Source: Thermoprotei archaeon (lineage in GTDB: Archaea; Thermoproteota; Thermoprotei_A; EX4484-217-1). From it: a DNA stretch of 38,234 bases. Where the stretch lies: the NCBI GenBank assembly GCA_021158265.1, contig JAGGUY010000037.1, forward strand, positions 1 to 38,234, read 5' to 3'. The notes under the pieces were generated by a model that saw only the letters and a list, made by a program, of their open reading frames with translations, was not told the DNA's origin and did not search any database. Shown here in pieces: positions 8,528-17,625 of the stretch (position 1 is the first letter of the stretch; every line of letters begins with the position of its first letter). Position numbers and translations under genes: made by a program.

Positions 8528-9280
8528 TTATTCTTGTCTACTGCTTTTCTTCTGTTGTAGTGAAAGTATTTTCTGAAGAACCCTTGAAGGAACCTTAAAT
8601 ACTTCAGAAGCGATAATGTAAATATATCTATCGCTTGGCATGTTCTTTTGAGAGTTTATTCTAACAGCTATTGCATGCTTTAAAGCCTCTTTAGCTACCC
8701 TATTTTTAATCTCCCTTTTAGCTATGGATTCAGCTAATTTAAAAGCAATGTAGAATCTCTTATAATTACGGATGGTATCTTCAAATTCCGGGTATTCCTT
8801 AATTATTTTCTCAAGGAACTTGGAAAACGCGGTTTCCTCCATAAATCCTAGTATTACTCCTGTAAAAGGCACTCTCAATATTTTTATTAGGTCTTCCTTA
8901 GTTATAGATCCTAACGTTTGTTTAAGGCTTAAATCCTCATTTTTCATAAGTTTAGTTACAAGCTCGTCAATCTTTGCTTCTAATGCTAAAGGTCCGTTGA
9001 ATATTTCTGGACACTCATCAATCAATCCTAAACCGTACTTTCCAACAAAATATAGGCTTGAAAGTTCTTTTTCAAAAATATCTGGCGGCCTTTGCTTTCC
9101 ACGTAGTGGCTCTATTTTCCTTCTAGAATATTCGGCAAAAACAAGGTCTGCTAATTCCTCTCTTGTCCAATCTCTCCTATTTGACGATGCTATTTCGCTC
9201 CATACCTTTATTAATGCCTCTATTCTGGTTTTATAAGGTTTTATCCCTATACTTACCACCCGCTTTGCTACGAAATTCAT
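8528..9280 (-). CDS. DUF2192-like crenarchaeal conserved protein
   Basis: EPLRG..RPPDIFEKELSSLY.VGKYGLGL motif, recalled from the crenarchaeal DUF2192 family. Confidence 0.75.
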   Translation of the reverse strand: MNFVAKRVVSIGIKPYKTRIEALIKVWSEIASSNRRDWTREELADLVFAEYSRRKIEPLRGKQRPPDIFEKELSSLYFVGKYGLGLIDECPEIFNGPLALEAKIDELVTKLMKNEDLSLKQTLGSITKEDLIKILRVPFTGVILGFMEETAFSKFLEKIIKEYPEFEDTIRNYKRFYIAFKLAESIAKREIKNRVAKEALKHAIAVRINSQKNMPSDRYIYIIASEVFKVPSRVLQKILSLQQKKSSRQE

Positions 9281-9397
9281 GATTCAACGATGCCATTATC
9301 GAATTCGGGATTATAACCAGATTTTAACGTACCTAACGATTAGATGAAACTAACCCATTTAAATACTTTTAGTGAGTTAAAATTTACGGTGTACAGT

Positions 9398-10774
9398 ATG
9401 AAGCAAGCGAAAATAATAGCAACCATAGGACCTGCATCAATGAATTTAGATACTATAACTAAGCTTGTTCGTGAAGGTGTAGATGCCTTCCGCTTCAACT
9501 TCTCCCATGGAACATATGAGGAAAAGGATAAGGCAATAGAGAACGTAAGATTTGTTGAAGAAAAATTCGACATAGAAATACCGCTAATAGCTGATCTTAC
9601 GGGTCCAACTATAAGATTAGGTGAGATAGAGGAGACGTATCTAAGGAAAGGCGATGTAGTATATATTGTTAATTCATATAAGGGAGATTCTAAAAGCAAG
9701 CACATACCCTTACCTGACAAGAGAACTTATAATCAAATAGAGGAAGGAGATGAAATACTGTTAGATGACGGTAAAATAACGTTACTTGTTGATGAAGTAC
9801 TTGCTGATAAAATTAAGTGCTTAGTTCTTAACGATGGAATAATAAAGTCTAGAAGAACGTTTGCGATTAAAGGTAAGGAAGTAAGCGGGCCCGCACTAAC
9901 TCAAAAGGACATTAATGATGTAAAATATGCTGTTTCTAAAGGTTTCGACTATGTAGCTCTATCCTTTGTTAGATCGGTAGGTGATATTGAGAGGTTAAGG
10001 AAGCTTCTAAGGGAACTTGGAGAGGAGGATATGAAAATTATTGCGAAAATAGAGACGAGAAGTGCTGTTGAAAAAATAGATGAAATAATTAGTGAAGCTG
10101 ACGCGGTTCTTGTCGCTAGAGGGGATTTGGGGATGTACTTTAAACTTGTTGAAATACCTAAAATACAAGAACTTATAATTAAGAAAGCATTAGCTTACGG
10201 TAAACCATCAATTGTTGCAACACAACTTCTAGAGTCAATGGTTAATAACCCTATACCTACGCGTAGCGAAGTAGTTGACATTATGAAGGCTGTCGAGCAA
10301 GGAGCTGACGCACTAATGCTCTCAAACGAGACAGCTATAGGAAAATATCCTGTAGAATCCGTTAGGTGGTTAAGGAAGATTATAGAAGCATCACCTCCAT
10401 GTGAAAGGGTTATCGAAGGAGTTAATGAAACAATTTATGACAAATTTGCTAAAGGAATAGTTTTACTTGCAGAATCGTTAGGTGCGAAAATAGTTGCCTT
10501 TACACGCTCTGGAGCAACAGCTAGAAGACTTTCAAGGTATAGGCCAAGGGTTCCCGTATACACAGTCACTAATGATAAAAGAGTTTCCAGACAGCTAAAG
10601 ATTCTTAGAGGAATAAGTTCATGCTACTTAGAAGATGCATCACCAGAAAACTTCTGGGAAAAAGCAAGTAAAATACTTGAGGATAAGGGAGAATTATCAT
10701 CAGGTGACATAGTAATAGCCATTAGGGGTATGAGGAAAGAAGCAACAGATCTTGTGAGAATAGAGAAATTATAG
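9398..10774 (+). CDS. pyk: Pyruvate kinase
   Basis: KIIATIGPAS, RFNFSHG, AKIE, VARGDLG, ATQLLESM, PTRSEV.D and MLSNETA.G.YP motifs; start ATG 9398 fits the homology start. Confidence 0.96.
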   Translation: MKQAKIIATIGPASMNLDTITKLVREGVDAFRFNFSHGTYEEKDKAIENVRFVEEKFDIEIPLIADLTGPTIRLGEIEETYLRKGDVVYIVNSYKGDSKSKHIPLPDKRTYNQIEEGDEILLDDGKITLLVDEVLADKIKCLVLNDGIIKSRRTFAIKGKEVSGPALTQKDINDVKYAVSKGFDYVALSFVRSVGDIERLRKLLRELGEEDMKIIAKIETRSAVEKIDEIISEADAVLVARGDLGMYFKLVEIPKIQELIIKKALAYGKPSIVATQLLESMVNNPIPTRSEVVDIMKAVEQGADALMLSNETAIGKYPVESVRWLRKIIEASPPCERVIEGVNETIYDKFAKGIVLLAESLGAKIVAFTRSGATARRLSRYRPRVPVYTVTNDKRVSRQLKILRGISSCYLEDASPENFWEKASKILEDKGELSSGDIVIAIRGMRKEATDLVRIEKL

Positions 10775-13700
10775 GTTAACAAATTCTTCATTAAATGTAG
10801 GGTATGTTACACCCTTCCTTCTAGCTTCGTAAACAACCTTCATCGTTTCATCATAAAACTCTCTTAATACATCTACGTAGTTTGTCTTTCCTAATTCTAC
10901 TTCGTCTATTTTCTCCTGTAAAATCTTGGTTCTGTTTTCATTTACGAGATCGCTAAAGTTTGCTGAGAGAAACTCGTAAATTCTTTTACCCCTCGATGTA
11001 GCTACAAGCTTTCCCTTACCTACCTCTAAAACATATCCTCTACGCCTTAGATTTTGAAGAATTTTAGCATAGGTTGAAGGCCTACCTATACCTTTCTTCT
11101 TCATCAAATCTACTACGTCACTGTATGAGTATAGTGGATATTCTGGAATAAGCCTTAAGCTTAAATCTTCAATATAGTATTCTCCTTCACTTATTTTTGA
11201 AGCTTCTTCGAGAATACGGAATTTAGCTAAGACTGTGAATCCCTCGAATAATACTTTAGTGGTGAACGTAAATTCTCTTTCAAGATCTCTAAAGACAAGT
11301 TTTAATGAGATCTTCTCAACCTTAGCCGGAGCCATTTGGCTTATCATGAATCTCTTGAAGATTAAGTCGTATAGTCTAAGGTCATCTTGTCTTATAGGTA
11401 CGGCTAATCTGAGAACGCCTGCTGCTCTAAGAGATTTTATTTGACGTGAATCTAAGGGTCTTGTCGGTCTAATACATTCATGCGCACCTGGTTTCTCCCA
11501 CTTCCTGGGTTTAAAATATTCTTCACCATAAACTCTTGTTATGAAGTCTTTAGCTATAGATATTCCAACGTTACTTACTGTTGTACTGTCGGTTCTATGG
11601 TATGTTATTAGTCCTGCTTCGAAGAGTCTCTGTGCAGAATCCATTATTGCGGGAGCTGAAAGTCTTAGTACACGTGATGCTTCTGATAACATCGAGTCTG
11701 TTGTGTATGGTGGTGGTGGATTTACTTCAACAACTTCTTTTTTAACATTTGTTATGGTGATTTTTCCTTCCTTAAGTATTTGCTCAGCTGTTCCTCTGGG
11801 AGCTTTGAATATTAGCGTTAGGTTTAGCCCTTTAAGTTTGAGCATTATAAGTTCGGCTTTTTTCTTATTCTTCTCTGTCCTATCAACAATCCATCCTAAT
11901 ACTGGTGTTTGCACTCTTCCTGCTGACAAGTAGTTTATTCCGAACTCCTTCCATAGGATAGGGCTTAAGCTGAAACCTATCCATCTATCTTCGATTCGCC
12001 TAACAATTTGTGCTTTAACAAGGTCTTCATTTATTGTAGTTAGATTGTTAAGAGCTTCTCTTAAACCCCTTCTTGTGACTTCGTGAAATCTAACTCTCCA
12101 AATGTTTTTGTTAAGAGGTTTCAAAAGTAATGTTATATCCCAAGCTATTTTTTCACCTTCACTGTCGGGATCGGTTCCGACAAGTATTTCATCGACTTGT
12201 GAAGCTAATTGTCTTAAAGCGTTTATTATGGGTCTACTCTCTATGAATACTTTCCCTCCACAGTATGGGCATGATTCTTCCTCTTCTGGAACATCTCTAC
12301 CGCATCTAATGCATCTTTTTATAGGCTTATATGTAGGTACGAAGTATCCGTTCGCGATTTTTACTCCGAATATTCCAAAGTCTTTTACCAAATCAAGCAC
12401 ATGACCGCCGGTTGCGGTAATTATCATTAGCCTATTCTCAGTTATTACCTCATATGTTTGGAGGGTACCTATTGTTTTTCTTGTAGGTTTACCGAACATT
12501 CTCGAGATTGTTCTTGCCTTATTCGGTGATTCAACAATGAATAAAGTGGTTTTCATGAGCTCATGTTCTTTAGGCCTATATTTGCCCTCAATAGCTAATC
12601 TAACCTTCCTACGATCATCATCTATTTCCTTCAATATTTTCTCTAGATTTACTTCATCTAACTTATAGAACTGAACAGTTTCTAGAAGCCATTTAAGATC
12701 CTTTAAGAGGGAGTTGAAGGCTTTTTCTTCATCAATAACTATTACGCTTAAACCCTTAGTTAAACCGCCAACATAAAGCCTACTTGTTCTTCCGCTTGCT
12801 TGAATGTATGCTGTTGCATCAGGTATTATGAAGAAGTATTCTCCCTCTTTACCGCCGAAAGTTATTGTTGGGCTTTTCCTTAGTTTCTCAAGAACTTCTT
12901 CATCTTTCAGAACCGTTAGGAGGAAATCAAGCGTTTCCTTAGCTACTCTTCTAACGAACTCAGGATATCCTTCAAGCGTTTCGTTTTCTGCAAGAGCTTT
13001 CCTTACCTGTTCAAGAACATCTCGTGTTGCTGTCCTTACCCTAATGAGTCCTCCGAGAACCCTATCAAACATTCTAGGGTACTTATCGTATACCACATCT
13101 TTTATTTCATTCAAAAGTATGAGCCATCTACTTGGTTGAAACTCATCAACGCTAATTCTTATTCTAAACTTAGGGACTCCAGCAAAGACAGCATACCTTA
13201 CTCTTTCAGGTAAGTCTATACCTCTTGTTAGCGGACTTCTATATGATGCTATACCTACAAGAACATCTATATCTCCAGCAACATATTTTTCGAAAACCCT
13301 CTTTCTAGCTCCAAGATATGCTTCAGCATTTACTCCTCTTTCTTTCAAGTACTCTGTAAGCTTCTTAACGTATTCAGCACCCTTGTCCATAGGTACATAA
13401 ATTAGTCCTCCTCCACCCAGTTTCGCAACTATATTGGCAACTTCTTCTTCTATGGAGAAAGAGGGTTTAACATAAGTGTCAACAATGTTCCTTCCAACTT
13501 CAACTTTTCCTCCAACTGTAAATCCGAATAGCGAGCTGAGCAACCTTACTCTCTTAGTCCTTCTAGCTGTTTGTGTAGCTCCACTAACTACTATTTGGCC
13601 CTTTACGTTCTCCCTTACCTTTCTCTTCAACTCTGAAGCCTTTCTGAGGAGCTCTCTTGCCTCTTCAGGACTATCTCTTGAAAGCTTTCTTGCCGTACTC

Positions 13701-14422
13701 TCCATTTTCTGAGCTTCTTCAATAAGCGCTATTTCCTCGGGAGAAACACCTAGCATTTTAAGTACTACATCAACACTTTTACTCCTTCTTAAGAAACTAT
13801 CTACATCGTCTATGAATGCTACGTCTATTTTTTGCTGTAGTTCCTCACGTTTCATTAGGCTTATTGGTGTTGTAATTATTATTGAAGCTTCATCCATTGA
13901 TGCTAATTCCATTTGTTTCTGCTTTTCACTCAATAAGCTGTGGTATGCTGCAACTTTAACACTGTCCAATTCTAGCTTGGAGCGTATCTCAATCACTTTA
14001 TTTTGAACTTGATGTACGAGTAGGCTTGTAGGTAGAAGTATAAGAGCTCTTTTTCCATAGTTTGCTGAAGCGTAAAGCCCAAATATTATTTGGGCTGTAG
14101 TTTTACCGCTTCCCGTTGGAGCAACCATGGCGAAGCTTTCGCCATTAAGAAATCTGCGAGCCCATAATCTTTGCAAACCCCACATTTTAGATCCTATTGC
14201 TTTAACGAATAATTTGTTGATTTCGTTAACGTGTTCTTCAACATCCCATACCTTTACAAGAAAACCTTTAATTACAGGGTATTTTAATTCTGGATTAGGT
14301 AGACATTTTTCGCAAGGTAAACTCTTTTCTAACCTTTCCGAAGTAATATCGCTACCGCAGTTCGGACATAGCCCCTTAAATATCGCTGGTATCATGTATT
14401 CACACTCTAACTTCCCTTTCAC
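10769..14422 (-). CDS. rgy: Reverse gyrase
   Basis: N-terminal Zn finger (CPNC..CEKC), SF2 helicase-like APTGSGKT/DDVD/QASGRTSR, topoisomerase IA TOPRIM (VESPNKA, DPDSEGE) and catalytic LITYHRTDS. Confidence 0.98.
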   Translation of the reverse strand: MKGKLECEYMIPAIFKGLCPNCGSDITSERLEKSLPCEKCLPNPELKYPVIKGFLVKVWDVEEHVNEINKLFVKAIGSKMWGLQRLWARRFLNGESFAMVAPTGSGKTTAQIIFGLYASANYGKRALILLPTSLLVHQVQNKVIEIRSKLELDSVKVAAYHSLLSEKQKQMELASMDEASIIITTPISLMKREELQQKIDVAFIDDVDSFLRRSKSVDVVLKMLGVSPEEIALIEEAQKMESTARKLSRDSPEEARELLRKASELKRKVRENVKGQIVVSGATQTARRTKRVRLLSSLFGFTVGGKVEVGRNIVDTYVKPSFSIEEEVANIVAKLGGGGLIYVPMDKGAEYVKKLTEYLKERGVNAEAYLGARKRVFEKYVAGDIDVLVGIASYRSPLTRGIDLPERVRYAVFAGVPKFRIRISVDEFQPSRWLILLNEIKDVVYDKYPRMFDRVLGGLIRVRTATRDVLEQVRKALAENETLEGYPEFVRRVAKETLDFLLTVLKDEEVLEKLRKSPTITFGGKEGEYFFIIPDATAYIQASGRTSRLYVGGLTKGLSVIVIDEEKAFNSLLKDLKWLLETVQFYKLDEVNLEKILKEIDDDRRKVRLAIEGKYRPKEHELMKTTLFIVESPNKARTISRMFGKPTRKTIGTLQTYEVITENRLMIITATGGHVLDLVKDFGIFGVKIANGYFVPTYKPIKRCIRCGRDVPEEEESCPYCGGKVFIESRPIINALRQLASQVDEILVGTDPDSEGEKIAWDITLLLKPLNKNIWRVRFHEVTRRGLREALNNLTTINEDLVKAQIVRRIEDRWIGFSLSPILWKEFGINYLSAGRVQTPVLGWIVDRTEKNKKKAELIMLKLKGLNLTLIFKAPRGTAEQILKEGKITITNVKKEVVEVNPPPPYTTDSMLSEASRVLRLSAPAIMDSAQRLFEAGLITYHRTDSTTVSNVGISIAKDFITRVYGEEYFKPRKWEKPGAHECIRPTRPLDSRQIKSLRAAGVLRLAVPIRQDDLRLYDLIFKRFMISQMAPAKVEKISLKLVFRDLEREFTFTTKVLFEGFTVLAKFRILEEASKISEGEYYIEDLSLRLIPEYPLYSYSDVVDLMKKKGIGRPSTYAKILQNLRRRGYVLEVGKGKLVATSRGKRIYEFLSANFSDLVNENRTKILQEKIDEVELGKTNYVDVLREFYDETMKVVYEARRKGVTYPTFNEEFVNL

Positions 14423-14467
14423 TCAATAAGGTTAGCTTCTCTTTGAATCTTAAAAATGTTTATGCCG

Positions 14468-15496
14468 CTATGGAAGAGCGATTGCCGGTATCGAAAGCCT
14501 TTTTCTTATTTCTTTAGCTAAAATATGCGCTGAACCTTCTCTTGAAGCATCGGTAACTACGACTTTGGGTTTAGATTCCTCAACATACTCTAGAAGTTGC
14601 TCGAAGTCTGCATGATCGCTTAAAGCAACAATGTATGTTTTATTGTTTAGCCTTCTTAGGGGTTCTTTAAATTCCCATCCTGTCAAAATAATACTTAAAG
14701 AGGACACTCTATGATAGTAGTTTCTCTTAGGAGAGTTTATGTGCGCAAAATACACGTACCATTTGCTTCTCATTATTTCCTCCGCCTCCAATGTTTTATC
14801 GTAATATAAGCCTTCAACGTTTAATCCATGCTTAATTGCCGCAAGAGTTACATCATAGACTTTTCTTGGAGCTATGAATGGAGCATCTATACCTCCTGAT
14901 CTAAGTATCTCCATGGCCTCCTGAAGCTTTCCATGATACCCGAAAACATATACTGGGCCATGCGGTAAACCCGATTTTACTAAGTCTATAAATAAGCTTT
15001 CAACTTCATACTTAAACGGTCTAACATGTTCAGGATTACCGTAGGTTGCCTCTATTACTAATAGGTCAGAATCAAGTATGGGTGTTGAAGGAAGTTTGAA
15101 ATCTCCCGTGTACACTAAACGTGAACCATCATTATCGACTGCGAGAACTTGCGCGGCGCCTACAATGTGTTTTGCTTTATGAAGGGAGAGTGTTAAATCA
15201 CCTATCTTAAATTCTTGGTTATAGTTTAATGTGAACGTCTTCTCTTTAGGTATTCTATATCCTAATGCTGTGAGTATGTCGTAGGTAGCTTTTGTCATGG
15301 CTATGAGAGGATTCTTACGAATACTATCCCGTAGCCCATATAGGTGGTCTTTATGGGCATGCGTAACGATACGTACAAGGGATTCACTATAGAAACCATC
15401 TATTGAAACTATGTCTTTAAACACGATAGCATGTTCATGTGTTATCTTAACTTTAGACAGTAGCTCATTTACAACTTTACTCAACGTTATAGTCAA
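14468..15496 (-). CDS. Metallo-beta-lactamase / beta-CASP nuclease
   Basis: THAHKDH, HIVGA, YTGDF, IEATYG and LSDHADF motifs. Confidence 0.88.
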   Translation of the reverse strand: MTITLSKVVNELLSKVKITHEHAIVFKDIVSIDGFYSESLVRIVTHAHKDHLYGLRDSIRKNPLIAMTKATYDILTALGYRIPKEKTFTLNYNQEFKIGDLTLSLHKAKHIVGAAQVLAVDNDGSRLVYTGDFKLPSTPILDSDLLVIEATYGNPEHVRPFKYEVESLFIDLVKSGLPHGPVYVFGYHGKLQEAMEILRSGGIDAPFIAPRKVYDVTLAAIKHGLNVEGLYYDKTLEAEEIMRSKWYVYFAHINSPKRNYYHRVSSLSIILTGWEFKEPLRRLNNKTYIVALSDHADFEQLLEYVEESKPKVVVTDASREGSAHILAKEIRKRLSIPAIALP

Positions 15497-15588
15497 TAAT
15501 ATCCCTCATAGTATCATTTGTAACACTCTAACAAGGTGTTTTTTGAAGCCAAATTTATCTATTTTCCTTTAAGGCAATAGTTAGAAGT

Positions 15589-15712
15589 GGTTGCCCGTGC
15601 TTTATCTTTTGGGTGTTTTGGTGGTTTGCACGGGCTCCCCCTTCATAGGGTTCGGGGCTTCATCTCCATCGGGGGGCGTTCAGGGTTCCCACGGAACCAC
15701 GAAGCCCCACAT
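15589..15712 (-). ncRNA. Residual omegaRNA/right end of a decayed tnpB element
   Basis: GC-rich; shares ATGTGGGG..CCTGAACGCYCC..GATGAARCCC and terminal AACC with the 3' end of the intact tnpB; 8-bp inverted repeat GCCCGTGC/GCACGGGC (15593-15635). Confidence 0.6.
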
Positions 15713-15869
15713 CTTGAGTGAACAAGTTTAAACCTCTTAAGGCCAAGTTCCATGAAGCAACAATATCCCTTGTAATGATGTGTTCGCTTGGTAGCATTAC
15801 CCACCTATAATTAATGAACACAAGTCCTCCTCCTATTGGCGATGTTTTGGACGTGTTTCTAGGGTCTAC
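15660..15869 (-). pseudogene. tnpB: C-terminal fragment of a second, Zn-finger-less TnpB
   Basis: Translates VDPRNTSKTSPIGGGLVFINYRWVMLPSEHIITRDIVASWNLALRGL...; VDP..TS and RD..A..N (RuvC-III) motifs; no N-terminus. Confidence 0.8.
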
Positions 15870-15884
15870 ACAGCCGTAGCAAGG

Positions 15885-15911
15885 TTTATATGTTTGTATA
15901 TGTTTTTATAT
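15885..15911 (-). repeat. Left subterminal repeat array of the tnpB element
   Basis: Reverse complement ATATAAAAACATATACAAACATATAAA versus right copy ATATAAAATCATATACAAGCATATAAA. Confidence 0.85.
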
Positions 15912-15916
15912 ATTCT

Positions 15917-16063
15917 TCATGGGCTGTCTTCTTCGTGGAGTAGTAGTATTTTTACCTTCTTCCCGTGCAGCTTGGCTATTTTCTCTCTGTATTGTTTTGG
16001 TGGGTATATGTAGTAGCGGTTGCCCATCCTGATTACCCTCGCCTCAAACAAGAGGATGACCAC
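15917..16063 (-). CDS. Small AbrB/SpoVT-like protein (48 aa), divergent from tnpB; absent from the ORF track
   Basis: MVILLFEARVIRMGNRYYIYPPKQYREKIAKLHGKKVKILLLHEEDSP*; beta-hairpin/helix/strand pattern of AbrB; GGTGG site upstream; paralogous fragment at 17395-17472. Confidence 0.72.
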   Translation of the reverse strand: MVILLFEARVIRMGNRYYIYPPKQYREKIAKLHGKKVKILLLHEEDSP

Positions 16064-16135
16064 GTATACCACCCATACTAGTTTATGGATGCAAATATTT
16101 ATAAATCTTCATGCAGATAATCATTAATGGTGAAT

Positions 16136-16190
16136 GCCTCCGATGAGGGGGTGCACCACTTGTAATGCATGGGTGGTTCTCCGAGGATGC
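16136..16190 (+). promoter_or_regulatory. K-turn hairpin in the tnpB 5' leader
   Basis: GCCTCC-GAT-GA-GGGGG ... TCTCC-GA-GGATGC with internal ACCAC/GTGGT stem; TTTATAAA box at 16098-16105; ATG at 16194. Confidence 0.45.
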
Positions 16191-16193
16191 AAG

Positions 16194-17384
16194 ATGCTGA
16201 CCCTAAAAGCAAGAGGAGTACTAGTAGACGGCTCTCTTTGGGAGCTAAGAGAAGAACTATACCTTACACGAAGAGCAATACAATATGTCATAGATGCATT
16301 ATGGGAACTAGACAAACTACCGAGCATTAACCAAGCACACCAGATATTCTATAAGATGTTGAGAAAACAAGGGTTCCGTGCACACCAGTGCAAGCAGGCG
16401 TACAAGTACGCTCTAGGAATAGTCAGGTCAGCTAAGAAGAATAAAGGGAGAAAACCAGTACTAAGGAAGCTGTCAGCACGTCTAGACAAATATGATGCGG
16501 TAGTTGATTTAGAGAACCAAGTGGTAGTCATAAAGCTAAGAAACAAAACATTCAAGATAAAGTTACTACACCGTAGGAACTACATAAGGAAGTTCATGGG
16601 AAGGAAATGGTACGAGGTAATCATAAGCATTGATAGGCAGGGAAGGATATGGGTCTCTATACCCTTTAGATGGATATACGAACCATACAGTCCTAAGAGA
16701 TTGATTTCCCTTGACATTAACCTGAAGAAGGTGGTGGTCTACGACGGTAGGAGTGTTAAGAGGATCGATACTAGGTTTGTTGAAGCGTTGTATCTGAAGA
16801 TTCACGCTGAGAGGGTTCAGAAGAAGTATTCTAGAATGTGGAGGCACAATAAGAGGATACTCAATAGGATAAGAGGTCTTCATAGACGCTCAAGAAACAT
16901 AGTAATTGACTGGTCTCGTAAATTTGCTAAATACTTTGTCTTTAAAGCGAAGAGAACAGGAAGTGCTATAGTATTAGAGGACTTAGAGAAACTATGGTTT
17001 AATGTTTCACAAAAGTCTTCTACCCTAGCTAATAGGTTGTCAAGGTTCGCTTACTGTAAGTTACAACTAGCAATAGTAACTAAAGCGATAGAGTATAACA
17101 TACCAGTAATCTACGTGGACCCTAGAGGAACATCTACACTATGTCCTAAGTGTGGGGCAAAGCTATCATATACTCATAGACTAGCTATATGTGGGAACTG
17201 CGGATTCATAGCTGATAGAGATACGGTAGGTACTATGAACGTACACCTTCGAGGTTTAAGGGGTATGTGGGGAAGCCTTGGGTCTCCCCTGAACGCTCCC
17301 GCAATGAACGATGAAACCCGAGGGAGCGGGAGAACCATAGATGAGCCGATGACAGTTCATATAAAATCATATACAAGCATATAA
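16194..17384 (+). CDS. tnpB: RNA-guided endonuclease TnpB
   Basis: RuvC-I SLDIN, RuvC-II VLEDL, VDPRGTS, Zn finger CPKC..CGNC and RuvC-III DRD..G..N all intact. Start uncertain (ORF open from 16134). Confidence 0.93.
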   Translation: MLTLKARGVLVDGSLWELREELYLTRRAIQYVIDALWELDKLPSINQAHQIFYKMLRKQGFRAHQCKQAYKYALGIVRSAKKNKGRKPVLRKLSARLDKYDAVVDLENQVVVIKLRNKTFKIKLLHRRNYIRKFMGRKWYEVIISIDRQGRIWVSIPFRWIYEPYSPKRLISLDINLKKVVVYDGRSVKRIDTRFVEALYLKIHAERVQKKYSRMWRHNKRILNRIRGLHRRSRNIVIDWSRKFAKYFVFKAKRTGSAIVLEDLEKLWFNVSQKSSTLANRLSRFAYCKLQLAIVTKAIEYNIPVIYVDPRGTSTLCPKCGAKLSYTHRLAICGNCGFIADRDTVGTMNVHLRGLRGMWGSLGSPLNAPAMNDETRGSGRTIDEPMTVHIKSYTSI

Positions 17385-17416
17385 AGAGGAGAACCCGAAG
17401 GAGTACCAGGAGAAGT
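17265..17416 (+). ncRNA. Predicted TnpB omegaRNA (scaffold overlapping tnpB 3' end, plus ~20-nt flank-derived guide)
   Basis: Stems GGGGA/TCCCC (17269-17289) and CGCTCCC/GGGAGCG (17294-17328); TnpB guide RNAs are known to overlap the gene end and run into the flank. Boundaries approximate. Confidence 0.6.
17359..17385 (+). repeat. Right subterminal repeat array of the tnpB element
   Basis: CATATAAAAT-CATATACAAG-CATATAAA; inverted copy of 15885-15911. Confidence 0.85.
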
Positions 17417-17472
17417 TAAAGAAACACCATGGAAAGAAGGTAAAAGTAATCGTAATCATAGAACCAGAATAG
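17395..17472 (+). pseudogene. C-terminal half of a paralog of the small AbrB-like gene
   Basis: PKEYQEKLKKHHGKKVKVIVIIEPE* aligns with PKQYREKIAKLHGKKVKILLLHEE; no in-frame start; begins exactly at the CC junction. Confidence 0.75.
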
Positions 17473-17625
17473 AGGTTCTTATAATATTTAGAAGTTTTAC
17501 ATAATTACTAAAACACTCTAAGTATGCAAATAACCGAATAGTCTTTAAGAAGGGAAGTAATAATGCTAATAAATCCTTAGCCTTAAAAGTTACAATTGAA
17601 GCTAAAGTAGGCAAGGGTGTGTTTA

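Larger units (their letters stand above)
15874..17396 (+). mobile_element. Non-autonomous IS607-like tnpB element (no TnpA)
   Basis: 27-bp inverted repeats at 15885-15911 and 17359-17385 (25/27 identical), built from 10-bp-period CATATA units; a CC dinucleotide lies 9 nt outside each repeat (15874-75 and 17395-96). Confidence 0.7.

Noticed and set aside
10769-14422. Intein or split in reverse gyrase
   Set aside because: Length and motif order are normal; no intein motifs seen.
8772-14429. Many opposite-strand ORFs (e.g. 8772-9236, 9340-9720, 11541-11933, 12804-13139; likewise 25058-25465 and 31655-32218)
   Set aside because: Ser/Phe/Leu-rich shadow frames antisense to well-supported genes; no motifs.
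16194-17384. TnpB as a nuclease-dead TldR-type regulator or Cas12
   Set aside because: All three RuvC acidic residues are present, size is ~400 aa, and no array is adjacent.
15885-17385. CATATA repeats as a CRISPR array
   Set aside because: Only three 10-bp units per end, no spacers and no cas genes; better explained as transposase-binding arrays.
15522-17521. AACACTCTAA at ~15522 and ~17512 as a target-site duplication
   Set aside because: Short AT-rich match; the left copy lies ~60 nt outside the relic end, and these families make no duplications.
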